DNA of 64,000 nucleotides from Coleofasciculus chthonoplastes F2-STO-03 (GTDB lineage: Bacteria > Cyanobacteriota > Cyanobacteriia > Cyanobacteriales > Coleofasciculaceae). Of this stretch, positions 33,118 to 43,091 are shown piece after piece (the first letter of the stretch is position 1; the number at the start of each line of letters is the position of its first letter). Both the position numbers and the translations under genes were made by a program. Below the pieces are notes generated by a model. It was not told the DNA's origin, ran no database searches, and was given only the letters and a program-made list of their open reading frames with translations. The stretch covers positions 32,001 through 96,000 of the forward strand of contig JAVJWO010000153.1 in NCBI GenBank assembly GCA_040222015.1, given 5' to 3'.

Positions 33118-33468
33118 ATGACCAAAATTTTTAGGCAAAAATATGACGGATGCCTTTTGCGTTTCTCTTATCTTTCTCAATAAGTATAGGGTATTATTAT
33201 CATCAGAACAGTTATCAAAAATAATAGGTTTTATACCAAATTTTTGTAATTGATTAATAATGTTTTATACATAACTACCATTGTTATATGATATTACGAT
33301 AACAGGTATTTTATTCGGGTTTTCTTTAATTGATAATTTTATATTTTCTAAATGTAGTATAGACAATAGAAATATATAAATCTTTGTATGAATATTACTC
33401 AACCATTTATTGACACGATACTTCATAAATAAACGGATACGCTGGATAGTGTGTAAATATAGTCGCAT
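33112..33468 (-). pseudogene. GT2-like glycosyltransferase fragment with internal stop
   Basis: IPVIVISYNN...V*NIINQL...IIFDNCS...KNFGH; very AT-rich. Confidence 0.6.
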
Positions 33469-33692
33469 ACTGATACTTAATCACTCAATTTTGCAAAAAG
33501 CGATAGTCTTCATTGAATACTCTGATTTTGCTTATTTGTTTTACGCCAAGTAGTGCGAGCATCTTGCTCGTTACTAATACCCAATTTAAATGCATAAAAG
33601 CTTATCACTTTTCTAGTTCAGTCCGCGTAGGCGGACTTTGTTTGTGTAGCTGCGATTTCCAATCGCCCTTTTATCCCTTTGTTTGCGCCCTT

Positions 33693-34709
33693 TTATCCCC
33701 TCTGCACAATACCATCCTGGACACTGGCTCTACGATAACCCCTGGAGGGTAAATTTTTCAGGTCAAATTCCTCACCGTTTTCGCGTCTCCAAATCTTGTA
33801 ATTAGAAAACGTAAGCGGGGTTTGGGGTTCGCACTCTTCCGGGATATGATCGGCTAAAATAAAATACACTGCACCCTCTCCCATTACCTGGGCGATACCA
33901 TTCCGGTTCACTACCAGCGAGGTATCCTCATCAATTCCTATCCCCAAGACACTATCAGTGATACCATCCCGAAGCTGACGCGCCATAAACGTCATCAATC
34001 GACCCATGCGATCGCGTTGACTAAAATGGGTATCTATTACAGTACCCTTCATCAGCGACCAGTTGAACAAGTCATAACTAAACAGAATGTCTTCGTAGGG
34101 ATCATTTAAGGCATACTCACTATCAACCGCATCCGAACAAGCGTTATAAATAAAATCACTTTGAATCATCGCCCCAGCACTGGTTCCACCGATACCACCG
34201 CCTTTAGCGCCAACGGATTTAATCGCGTCTGCTGTCGCTGTATGCTTAAAATTGCGGGTATAGTCGCACTGATCACCACCTGCAAAAAATACCACCTCAG
34301 CTTGACGAATTGTATCCGCCACATCTGAAGAATTGGCATCATCTCGACTACGAATAACTAAGGTTTCAACCGAATCCACCCCATTCATCGCCAGAATCGG
34401 TTCATTATAGCCAGCCGAACCCGATGAGCGAATCACAACCACATCAATCTGAGCCGAACAGTCGGTGCAACCTCTCGCCTGATTAATCATCCACTGAATC
34501 GCTTCATCCACATCAGCCCCCCCGCCACCTAAGTCAAAAGCAATACCTGCGGGAACATTGATATCAGTCGAATTGCCATCAAAATAGCGGATAACCTTGG
34601 CAGATACTGGTGCAACCCAGAGCGACAAGCACACAAATACTATTGCCACCAGCTTGATGACTTTAGCAAAGGGCAAGCCGGAGGTAGATTGAAAAGGACG
34701 AGAACCCAT
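33693..34709 (-). CDS. Cyanophycinase-like peptidase S51 with signal peptide
   Basis: FFAGGDQ, GGTSAG nucleophile, DTHF..RDRMGRL, GIDEDT. Confidence 0.88.
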   Translation of the reverse strand: MGSRPFQSTSGLPFAKVIKLVAIVFVCLSLWVAPVSAKVIRYFDGNSTDINVPAGIAFDLGGGGADVDEAIQWMINQARGCTDCSAQIDVVVIRSSGSAGYNEPILAMNGVDSVETLVIRSRDDANSSDVADTIRQAEVVFFAGGDQCDYTRNFKHTATADAIKSVGAKGGGIGGTSAGAMIQSDFIYNACSDAVDSEYALNDPYEDILFSYDLFNWSLMKGTVIDTHFSQRDRMGRLMTFMARQLRDGITDSVLGIGIDEDTSLVVNRNGIAQVMGEGAVYFILADHIPEECEPQTPLTFSNYKIWRRENGEEFDLKNLPSRGYRRASVQDGIVQRG

Positions 34710-35153
34710 AGAATTATTGGAAGATAAAACCCGATATCAATAGTGGCACGAGTAAAAGGGCAGATATAACCGCCACAACCGTGACTGGATCTACATTGAT
34801 AACGTTTTTGTCAGGTTTATTGCTCATCGAACACCCTCCCAAATTGACTAAATACTGCTTTACCACCCGACTGGGTAAACTGCTGTCCCTATCTTACTGC
34901 CAAGTGGGTGATCAAGATGGCAGATGAGTTTGGTACAGAGATCTAGAATAGTACGTTTGTTTGTCATGTAGGGGCGGGTTTCACGGCTCACATTTTTTTC
35001 CCGCCCTGATGTAACTAAACCCGCCCCGAAAGTGCGAGGATTCTTTCACGAATGACGAATGACAAATAACAAATGACTAATAGGGGTCTTGCTGGATACA
35101 AGTGTCTCTCTGTATCCTACTGATGGAACGGTTTGTCAATAAAAGGTGCTATC

Positions 35154-35531
35154 ATGACTAATGCAAAAAACGTCTTGGGTACAGAACTAGAAACCTGTTG
35201 CACATCTCCCATGACCGGATTTTACCGGGATGGCAAATGCAGTACTGGAGCCGGAGACTTTGGCGCCCACGTTGTTTGCGCTCAAGTTACCGAAGAGTTT
35301 CTGGAATTTACCAAACAGCGTGGGAATGACTTGAGTACACCCCTTCCCGGATTTAACTTTCCCGGTTTAAAACCAGGCGATCGCTGGTGTCTATGTGCCT
35401 CTCGCTGGCAAGAAGCCCTAGAAGCTGGCGCTGCACCTCCTGTGGTTTTGTCTGCTACTCATGCATCGGCGTTAGAATATGTTTCCTTAAGTGAACTGAA
35501 ACAACATGCTCAAGATGCTCAAGATGCCTAA
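35154..35531 (+). CDS. DUF2237 family protein
   Basis: NVLG..L..C...PMTGFYRDG.C, GLKPGDRWCLCASRW. Confidence 0.92.
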   Translation: MTNAKNVLGTELETCCTSPMTGFYRDGKCSTGAGDFGAHVVCAQVTEEFLEFTKQRGNDLSTPLPGFNFPGLKPGDRWCLCASRWQEALEAGAAPPVVLSATHASALEYVSLSELKQHAQDAQDA

Positions 35532-35684
35532 AAAAAAATTGTGGTATTTTAATCCAAATGTATTTGATAGTTTGTGATATTATGTCCGTTTTTATTTAAC
35601 TTGTTTAGACATTTCAAGCCCTTGAGAAACGGTGCGTTAGCGAAGCGTAACGCACCCTACAATTCCCGACAATTAACTCATGAA

Positions 35685-36275
35685 TTATGACTTATCAGTT
35701 TTGGAGTTTTGTACCGATGAAAGAACCGGATTAGAATTAGTATCAACATTGTCTAAAGCGGGTTTTAGAATCTGCCAAGCTTGTTGCGCTTCGGGTAAAA
35801 ATTGATCCCGTGCGGCTTTAGCTTCGGCAAACTTGATTAACGTTTTGGCAAAACTCTTATCTGTCGCCTGCTGCATTTGTTCGGGAGTTAGGGGTTCGGG
35901 GCGAAAGAGTGCCTCAATTACCGGACGCAACTCCAACGCCTGCTGCTGTATCTCTTCTAGGGTAACTCGTAAGCTGGCTAAATTCGCGATCGCCTTCACC
36001 GCCTGAATGATTTCCGGCTCATCTTCTGGCGATTCAACGGCTGATGGGGGTCCAACCACAATTAAATCTTCACTGCTTAACCCATCGGCAAAACTATTCT
36101 CATCTAAGCTGGTATCCTCTGGGTCATCCATCCGGCGTTCGATTTCTTCCAGCGCCTTTTTGCGACTGCGCTCACTATCCGTTCTGCCGCTGACTTCGAT
36201 AAATAAACCCAGTTCCTTTAAATGTTTGGTGGTGTACTGAATAGTCGATTTGGTCATAATCGTTTCGATAAACAA
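35685..36275 (-). CDS. Hypothetical protein, last gene of the NAD salvage operon
   Basis: 196-aa helical ORF co-oriented just downstream of nrtR. Confidence 0.65.
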   Translation of the reverse strand: MFIETIMTKSTIQYTTKHLKELGLFIEVSGRTDSERSRKKALEEIERRMDDPEDTSLDENSFADGLSSEDLIVVGPPSAVESPEDEPEIIQAVKAIANLASLRVTLEEIQQQALELRPVIEALFRPEPLTPEQMQQATDKSFAKTLIKFAEAKAARDQFLPEAQQAWQILKPALDNVDTNSNPVLSSVQNSKTDKS

Positions 36276-36306
36276 TAATTATAAACTACGATAAACTGTT
36301 ATATCT

Positions 36307-37041
36307 TCAAAGAAAAACCAACGGCTTATCCTTCAACGGCGCAAACGCCTCAGCATCAAACCGATATAAAGAGGCTGGACGCCCTGCTCCCCGTGAGGCT
36401 TTTAGACCAGTATCGGCTAAAAAACCCAACTTTAACAAACGGGTGCGGAAGTTAGAATAATCTGAGAAGTTTTCGCCTAAAACAGTAGTATAGAGTTGAT
36501 ACAAATCACTCAGCGTAAAAACATCGGGTAATACGTCAAACGCGACAGGACTATACTCCAACTTATTCCGCAAACGCTGATATCCATACTCGATAATTTT
36601 GCCATGATCGAAGGCTAGGGAAGGTATTTCCTTAACCGGATACCACGCAATACCACTCACTCCCTCAGCAATGAACTGTGCTTCTTCAAACCGAACTAAG
36701 GCAAAGTAGCTAACCGATAGGTAACGAACGCCAAAGCTTTTTGGGGATTCCCTAGGATCGCGATTCGGACCACCAAAGGTGTAGAGTTGTTCCAAGTAGA
36801 GATTATTCACCCGAATTTTTTCTACCAGAACCCGATGGGCGGCATTTTCTAGGGATTCTCCCTGGCGCACCAGTGTTCCCGGCAAACTCCACTGACCGGA
36901 AAAAGGTTCATCCCGGCGCATGATTAACAGCACCAAGACGCGGTTTTGTTGAGTATCGACAGAAAAAATAACAGTGTCAACACTGACTTTGAAGTCAGCT
37001 AACGCTGGTTGGTTGCTCGGTTTGATGCCGCGTTCTGACAT
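36307..37041 (-). CDS. nrtR: Nudix-related transcriptional regulator NrtR
   Basis: Nudix domain YLEQLYTFG..RDPR, LAFDH, C-terminal wHTH GRPASLYRF; in NAD operon. Confidence 0.9.
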   Translation of the reverse strand: MSERGIKPSNQPALADFKVSVDTVIFSVDTQQNRVLVLLIMRRDEPFSGQWSLPGTLVRQGESLENAAHRVLVEKIRVNNLYLEQLYTFGGPNRDPRESPKSFGVRYLSVSYFALVRFEEAQFIAEGVSGIAWYPVKEIPSLAFDHGKIIEYGYQRLRNKLEYSPVAFDVLPDVFTLSDLYQLYTTVLGENFSDYSNFRTRLLKLGFLADTGLKASRGAGRPASLYRFDAEAFAPLKDKPLVFL

Positions 37042-37134
37042 GGTTATCCAAAACTGTGACGTTTTGAACTTAAAACAGTGATAGTCCCCCTAAAAGTATA
37101 GCTAAGAACGTCCATCTTCCGGAGTCACCGTTGA

Positions 37135-37701
37135 TCAAGCATATAATTTTTCTCGATTGATATAGTCTTTGACAGAAGGTGTTATGACATCTAGGTCTCC
37201 TTTTTCACGATAGGCTGTGGAGGAAACTCCAGGAACATTCAGATCCGCGATCGCAACGTGAGTTCCAAGCTGCCTCAATCTCTCTAAACCTGCCTTGTCT
37301 ATGTCATACCCGGGACGCGGTACAATCAGTAACTGTACCTGGCTGAGTAATTCTTCAATCCGATACCAACGGGGTATCTGATTGACTAAATCCGAACCCA
37401 CCACGAGAGTATAGTTCACCTCATCCCCCCAAATTTCCTTGGCTTTGGCTAAGGTTTCTAGGGTTCTGCTACGACTCAACTCCTCATGTACGACAATATT
37501 ATTAGGCTGTGTTTCAATTTCGGAAATTAACACCTCTAACATCCGCTTGCGGTGTTCTAGGGAGGTTTGGTGAGACTTAAACGGATTATCTGACGCCCAG
37601 ACAGCGACTTTGTTGTAATGGTTGGACAACCATTCGAGAATGGTCTGATGGGCTGCCGTGGGGGGATCAGCACTCGTTCCGAATAAGGCAATAGTGGTCA
37701 T
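37135..37701 (-). CDS. nadD: Nicotinate-nucleotide adenylyltransferase
   Basis: IALFGTSADPPTAAH, VGSDL, VSSTAYR; start at MTTIAL preferred. Confidence 0.9.
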   Translation of the reverse strand: MTTIALFGTSADPPTAAHQTILEWLSNHYNKVAVWASDNPFKSHQTSLEHRKRMLEVLISEIETQPNNIVVHEELSRSRTLETLAKAKEIWGDEVNYTLVVGSDLVNQIPRWYRIEELLSQVQLLIVPRPGYDIDKAGLERLRQLGTHVAIADLNVPGVSSTAYREKGDLDVITPSVKDYINREKLYA

Positions 37702-37920
37702 ATCAAGTCCAATAGCATCGTCATTATAGATTGGGCAGGGGGATACAGATACAAGAAACAAGCATGTTATCTTCGACCCTCGTGTAGGGGCGCGACCCGC
37801 TTGCACAAATCAACAATTATATCCACTCAATTTGCTCGGGTCGCCCTTTACTCAAATGTCTGTTTCAGAAAGTGTTTTTGTCGTTATTTTTTTTCTTTAA
37901 ATACTACATCATATCTAAAT

Positions 37921-39297
37921 TTAGACATCGGCGGCTTTTTGCTTTAATCGTTTTTTCGTCTGTTGAGTAAGCTGTTTTAATGCATCAGAAACGTCTACTT
38001 GTAGAGGCTGGGAATCATCAAGTTTACGGATTGAATCAGGAATCATTTTCACCGTCATCGCTGTACGTTTTTTGATGTCCGCTAACAGTTCCGGTGGGTT
38101 TAAGCGTTTACCCTCTTTAACCATCAGTTGAAGCAGGGGCTGTTCATTTTCTTGAGGGGATTCGGATGCCGTTGCCAGCCGATCTTTGATAATCTTTCCT
38201 TCAACGCAATTGCGGAAAACTTGTTTGCGCCCAGGATAGGTTTCTTTGCTACTCGACTGCTTCATGGTGGGAATGCCATCCATTTCCACCAGTTTGTACA
38301 CCCCATTAACCGGTTTACCTGTCACTAATCGTGTACCGACGCCATAACCGTCAATAATACCACCCGCCTGTTTAATTTTAGCAATCTCCCATTCATCCAT
38401 GTCACCACTGGCAAAGATTTTCGCATCCGGTAGCAGCGAGTTCACTTGTTTAGAGAGATCAGCAATATCTCCAGAATCTAAGCGCACACCTGCAACCTTT
38501 GTCTGATTTGCTTTAACCTGTTCTGCCAGACGTTGAGCCGCCGCAACTGTATCATAAGTATCAATTAACAGAGGCGCAGTCGGAAAATAGCGTTGAAATG
38601 CACTAAATGCCTCATCCTCACTCCCAGATACAGCCGCAATTGCCATCACCAGGGAATGTGCCATTGTGCCACTGGGTTTTTGGTTTAACTTCAGCGCGGC
38701 AACCACATTTGAGGTAGCATCAAACCCGGCGGCTAATGCTGCCCGTGCTGCCCAAATTGCGCCTTGTGGACTAAACGCACGGCGAGTGCCAAATTCCAAT
38801 AGCTTGACATCCTCTCCAGCGACATCTCGCATTCGCGCTGCCCGAGTCGCAATCAGGGTTTGGTAATTAATTGTATTGAGAATATAAGTTTCTACCAGTT
38901 GGGCTTGCCATAGGGGGGCTTCTACCCGCATCAGGGGTTCATGGGTGAATACGGCGGTTCCTTCGGGTACAGCCCAAACATCGCCAGCAAATCCTCCTGA
39001 CTTGAGAACTGACCAAAAGCGTTCGGGGACTTGATCAAATAGTCCTGTTGCCTGCAACGCCTCTATATGGGATTCGGAGAATTGAAGCTTTTCCAGATAA
39101 TCTAATGCCTGTGCTAAACCCATGGCAATTAAATAGCCAAAGCCGTTAGGCAAACGTCGCACGAATAACTCAAAGCTGGCGCGTCGATTCTCTAACCCTT
39201 CACCAACATAGCAAGCTGCCATGGTCAGTTCATAGAGATCGGTTAATAGGCTGTAATCGCTTGGGGTGAGGGTGAGTTGCTGATCTTCCTGTGGCAT
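37921..39297 (-). CDS. pncB: Nicotinate phosphoribosyltransferase
   Basis: LLTDLYELTM, EFGTRR, GTMAHS, LIDTYD, VRLDSGD. Confidence 0.95.
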   Translation of the reverse strand: MPQEDQQLTLTPSDYSLLTDLYELTMAACYVGEGLENRRASFELFVRRLPNGFGYLIAMGLAQALDYLEKLQFSESHIEALQATGLFDQVPERFWSVLKSGGFAGDVWAVPEGTAVFTHEPLMRVEAPLWQAQLVETYILNTINYQTLIATRAARMRDVAGEDVKLLEFGTRRAFSPQGAIWAARAALAAGFDATSNVVAALKLNQKPSGTMAHSLVMAIAAVSGSEDEAFSAFQRYFPTAPLLIDTYDTVAAAQRLAEQVKANQTKVAGVRLDSGDIADLSKQVNSLLPDAKIFASGDMDEWEIAKIKQAGGIIDGYGVGTRLVTGKPVNGVYKLVEMDGIPTMKQSSSKETYPGRKQVFRNCVEGKIIKDRLATASESPQENEQPLLQLMVKEGKRLNPPELLADIKKRTAMTVKMIPDSIRKLDDSQPLQVDVSDALKQLTQQTKKRLKQKAADV

Positions 39298-39329
39298 AAG
39301 TTTCAAAAGAGTATTGTAAAGTTTCAATA

Positions 39330-39990
39330 AGAATATAGTCAGATGTAGTCATGTTGTGTAATATATAGACATGAAACTCTCAGACTATGCCAAAAAAGCA
39401 GGAATCAGTTATCGAACTGCTTGGAGGTGGTGGAAACAAGGAAATTTGACAGGTCATCAATTGCCGTCTGGTACGATTATCATAACGTCGGAGGCGATTG
39501 AGGACAACTTGAAACCTGACTTGATAGCTTGTATTTATGCAAGAGTTTCCAGCGCCCAAAACAAAGATGATCTAGATCGACAAGCAGAGCGGTTAAAAGA
39601 TTATGCAATTGCCAGAGGCTACAAAATTTATAAAATTGTCAAAGAGATTGGAAGTGGTTTAAATGACAATCGAAAACAATTGGCTAAAATTCTAGTAGAC
39701 CCAAACTACAATATTTTGATTGTAGAACATAAAGACCGTTTGGCTAGATTTGGAACGAATTATATAGAAATACTCCTCAAAGAATTAAATAAAGAGATTG
39801 AAATTGTTAATCAGAGTGACGAGAAACAAGATGAATTAATGGACGACTTAATAGCAATTATTACCTCGTTTTGCTCGCGAATTTACGGATTAAGAAGGTC
39901 GAAAGGAAAAACCGAAAAGATTGGGCCCGAGTTAAAATCTCACGGACAATAATGCGACTAGCGGAAAGACATACTATATTTGACTATACT
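39330..39990 (+). mobile_element. IS607 family element with deleted tnpB
   Basis: tnpA followed by only MRLAERH of tnpB; TATAGTC-like repeats at left end and inverted GACTATA at right end; boundaries approximate. Confidence 0.75.
39371..39952 (+). CDS. tnpA: IS607 serine transposase TnpA
   Basis: N-terminal HTH, IYARVSS, EIGSGLN, EHKDRLARFG. Confidence 0.93.
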   Translation: MKLSDYAKKAGISYRTAWRWWKQGNLTGHQLPSGTIIITSEAIEDNLKPDLIACIYARVSSAQNKDDLDRQAERLKDYAIARGYKIYKIVKEIGSGLNDNRKQLAKILVDPNYNILIVEHKDRLARFGTNYIEILLKELNKEIEIVNQSDEKQDELMDDLIAIITSFCSRIYGLRRSKGKTEKIGPELKSHGQ

Positions 39991-40635
39991 TTTACCAACT
40001 ATTGTGCAGTTTGTTCTGTCTGTATTCAATAACTTTCAGTTGGATAGCTAATGGATTAGGAAAACTAGCAATAAACGCTAAGTAGGTAGGGACAATAAAA
40101 GTTAACGGCACAGATCGTCATTCGTCATTCGTCATTCGTTTATGTAAGCATTCAGGGGCTAACTGATCCAGTTCAGAAGGGTTGTAGTGAACATCCAACC
40201 GCTGTCGAGACAATGCCCGCAGAAGTCGGCGCAAATTTTTCGGCTGCATAACTATACCTAACAAATCAAAACAACTTGCCTTAATCAATGTGGAGCGTTT
40301 GGCAGACTTCGGTGCAGCAGCCGCAGTTAAGCCTGCTTATGCCATTATACGATCAGGCGTTTAAGTTTGCTGGACTCTCGTAGCGAATGTTGGGGTTTCC
40401 CTCCATGAGTGCAACAAATTATTACAGAATGTCAAGGATGTAAACGAAAATTTATACAAATAGGGAATAATCGGGCGTTTGACTGAACCTTGAGAAAAGT
40501 ATTGCAAACATAATCAAATAAATGTTGCAAAATACTGTTTTTGTGTGGTGTATCCCTCATAATTAACAAGTGAATTGCATACCAATACACCAATTTAAAT
40601 CTGATTGAGATTTACTCTATTAGGAGGACAAGGTT

Positions 40636-40788
40636 ATGAATATTTCCAAACTGTTTGCAGAAATGACCCAATATATATCAGAAGCGGTTGTGAGAATTTT
40701 CGGTCCCAGTGACGATGCTTATCCGTCTACGGGCGTGCAACCCTTCAGTGGTGAACCTTTCCACGAACCCAGAAGAGCGGATTGGTAA
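40636..40788 (+). CDS. atpT: Small protein resembling AtpTheta, the ATP synthase inhibitor (50 aa; not in the ORF track)
   Basis: MNISKLFAEMTQYISEAVVRIFGPSDDAYPSTGVQPFSGEP..., strong AGGAGG RBS; family assignment from memory. Confidence 0.65.
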   Translation: MNISKLFAEMTQYISEAVVRIFGPSDDAYPSTGVQPFSGEPFHEPRRADW

Positions 40789-40851
40789 CCTCCGATAACA
40801 ATCGGCAAAAAAATCGGTTTGGTAATTGTTCTTATGTTCATTCCAAGAATT

Positions 40852-40890
40852 AAGTTGGTGAAGATAGGTTAAACTACTTCACCAACTTTT
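40852..40890. terminator. Hairpin between convergent genes
   Basis: AAGTTGGTGAAG...CTTCACCAACTT followed by T. Confidence 0.6.
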
Positions 40891-40920
40891 ATTTAGGTAT
40901 TTTTTATAAAGGAATATTCA

Positions 40921-41745
40921 TTATTCATTAAAGATTCTAAAAATTTTTACGCAGTCTTGTAAATTAGTCTTAGCAAAATCAGGAGTTTTATCCCAACTAA
41001 TCGGCTGAAATTCACTTATTTTTATCGGCTTCATATCTTCAAATGACCATTGTACATCTTCCGCCTCTAGAGAGGGTTGGCGATAAGCAATTTTAACATT
41101 TTTGACCGTATTTTCATTGACTATTCCCTTAAAACAACGACTATGCTCAGTTTGCCAAAAATACTCCTGTCCAATTAGTACATCATCAGTTTTGACAAAC
41201 ACTAAATACCGACTACCCGGACGGTCAAACTCGGCTGATTCGCCATAAAAATAATTGCCATCGGGTAAATTTGTAATCGTCGGCTTACGGTTATCAACGC
41301 CTGGTGGTTTAGGTAAAGGGGGTGGGACAGCTTTAGAAGCGTCTGGAGTGGGCGAAGGAGGTATCTCTGGGGAGACAGAGGGTGTATTAGGGACTTGTTC
41401 AGGAGTCGGTAAGACAACTATCTCTGGGGACACAGATGAAATCGTGGGCGTGGGGAGGGGTGAAACCGTTGGTGTTTCTGTGGGAAGGGGTGAGACATTC
41501 GGGGTAATCAGGGGAAAGGAAAAATCAGCGGGTGTTTCTGATACAGGGGGTGAGGGACTCTGGGCATTTTCAGGGGATTTAGAGGACTTACAGCCAAACA
41601 AACCCAGTCCCACAACCGTGAGAATCACCAACCACTGAATCCTGGGGATACTCCGCCAGTAAGCCTTTCGGGTGTCAGAGTGAGAGTCCTGGATATAAAT
41701 ATGACCCCCTTTCGAGTCTATCGTTGTCGTCAAGTCCTTTGTCAT
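40921..41745 (-). CDS. Proline-rich putative lipoprotein
   Basis: Hydrophobic stretch ending LFGC, P/S/T-rich linker, LPDGNYFYG domain; true start may be downstream. Confidence 0.65.
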   Translation of the reverse strand: MTKDLTTTIDSKGGHIYIQDSHSDTRKAYWRSIPRIQWLVILTVVGLGLFGCKSSKSPENAQSPSPPVSETPADFSFPLITPNVSPLPTETPTVSPLPTPTISSVSPEIVVLPTPEQVPNTPSVSPEIPPSPTPDASKAVPPPLPKPPGVDNRKPTITNLPDGNYFYGESAEFDRPGSRYLVFVKTDDVLIGQEYFWQTEHSRCFKGIVNENTVKNVKIAYRQPSLEAEDVQWSFEDMKPIKISEFQPISWDKTPDFAKTNLQDCVKIFRIFNE

Positions 41746-41763
41746 CCTGTCAACTCGAATCGT

Positions 41764-42303
41764 TTACCCTGCAACTCCGGGGGAGAAGTTGGTAAACACA
41801 AACACAATAACTGTCGCCAGCGCCAATGCTCCCTGAATTAAATTCCCCACCAGGGAACCCACCACAATCCCTAAACTAGCCTTAAACGCAGCCTTTAACC
41901 GTAGCTCTAATTCCAACTGACGGCGAGATAAAAACTCACCGATAAATGCTCCTAACAGAGGACCAATTAAAATCCCTAACAAAGGACCTCCCACAGGTAA
42001 AGCGGGAAGTAGCCCTAAAATCCCCAAGACTAAGCCAATAATCGCACCAATTTGCCCCCACTTGCTCGCCCCTGCCCGTTTTGCTCCCCAGTAGGTGGCT
42101 AAAAAATCAATGCCGACACTGAGCAGTAATACCCCAACAGCAACGCCCAACGCCAAACTTATCGTACTTAACCCTTGGACAAATCCCCAGACTAAAATTG
42201 CTACAACAATTACGCTAGAACCAGGAAGACCAGGGACTACAGCACCCACTACACCCACGAGCATCAGGGCAATTAATATCCAGTAGAGCAAAGTGATAGA
42301 CAT
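41764..42303 (-). CDS. DUF456 family membrane protein
   Basis: VPGLPG, GAKRAGASKWG, GPLLGAFIGE motifs. Confidence 0.88.
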   Translation of the reverse strand: MSITLLYWILIALMLVGVVGAVVPGLPGSSVIVVAILVWGFVQGLSTISLALGVAVGVLLLSVGIDFLATYWGAKRAGASKWGQIGAIIGLVLGILGLLPALPVGGPLLGILIGPLLGAFIGEFLSRRQLELELRLKAAFKASLGIVVGSLVGNLIQGALALATVIVFVFTNFSPGVAG

Positions 42304-42323
42304 CTAAACTTAACGATATTAAG

Positions 42324-42986
42324 CTAACCGTTGACGTTCGACTGTACTGACTGACTCAACGTATTTCCTAGTTTATCAGCTAGCCCCTCAATCCAGCGCT
42401 CATCTTGTTTGGTGTAACTGCGGGGAGCATTCGCGCCTAGAATTAAAGCACCCTGATTGCCCAGAGGTTGACAGATGAGTCCTTGGGTATTTTCTGGTAA
42501 GTAGTCAAATTCGATTCGTCCGGGATACAGTTTCATGTCAACCAGATAAATAGGTTTTTGTTGCTCCAGAACCCGCTTCAAGATAGCACCCGGTTTCACC
42601 TCTGAGTTTTTTCCCAATACTCCCCGCCTTAGTAGCACTTTTCCCTGATAAAACACAACCAGCGATCGCGTCACGGTATTGGTTAATAATAAATGTGACG
42701 CCCAAGCCAGTTCCGTTTTTGCCGCCTCCGGTAACTCTGGTGTCAGTTCAAAGCCTTCTGAGCCAACCAAATCTACCGCATCTGGCGATCGCGGCTGCAC
42801 TTGCTGCCACAGCAAACCTGTCAAAATCAATATGGCACTCAGAATAACCCCCAGTGCGTCTGAACGCGCCTGAGATTCCGTAAGTTGGGGAGTCAGCAAG
42901 CGATTGATTAACAATAGCGTCCCGCCTAATCCCCCAACAATAAACGGTAATTGTCGCAACACAGAATTTTGATCAGGTTTAGCCAT
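42324..42986 (-). CDS. Cofactor assembly of complex C subunit B (CCB2/CCB4-like)
   Basis: SQARSDALG, ELAWAS, LYPGRIEF, RSYTKQDERW. Confidence 0.8.
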   Translation of the reverse strand: MAKPDQNSVLRQLPFIVGGLGGTLLLINRLLTPQLTESQARSDALGVILSAILILTGLLWQQVQPRSPDAVDLVGSEGFELTPELPEAAKTELAWASHLLLTNTVTRSLVVFYQGKVLLRRGVLGKNSEVKPGAILKRVLEQQKPIYLVDMKLYPGRIEFDYLPENTQGLICQPLGNQGALILGANAPRSYTKQDERWIEGLADKLGNTLSQSVQSNVNG

Positions 42987-43091
42987 TATTTGCACAGCGT
43001 TTATTGTTTCAATGGACGCAAGCCTGTCCTAACTGTTGTAGCGGTTGCTACAACACTCAACATTCACAACTCAAAACCCAAAACTCAACAC

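Noticed and set aside
34949..34962. LexA box AGTACGTTTGTTT
   Set aside because: Mismatch in the GTTC half-site and no SOS-type gene adjacent
39312..39329. NrtR operator TATTG-N8-CAATA
   Set aside because: Palindromic but does not fit the GT-N7-AC NrtR core; not called
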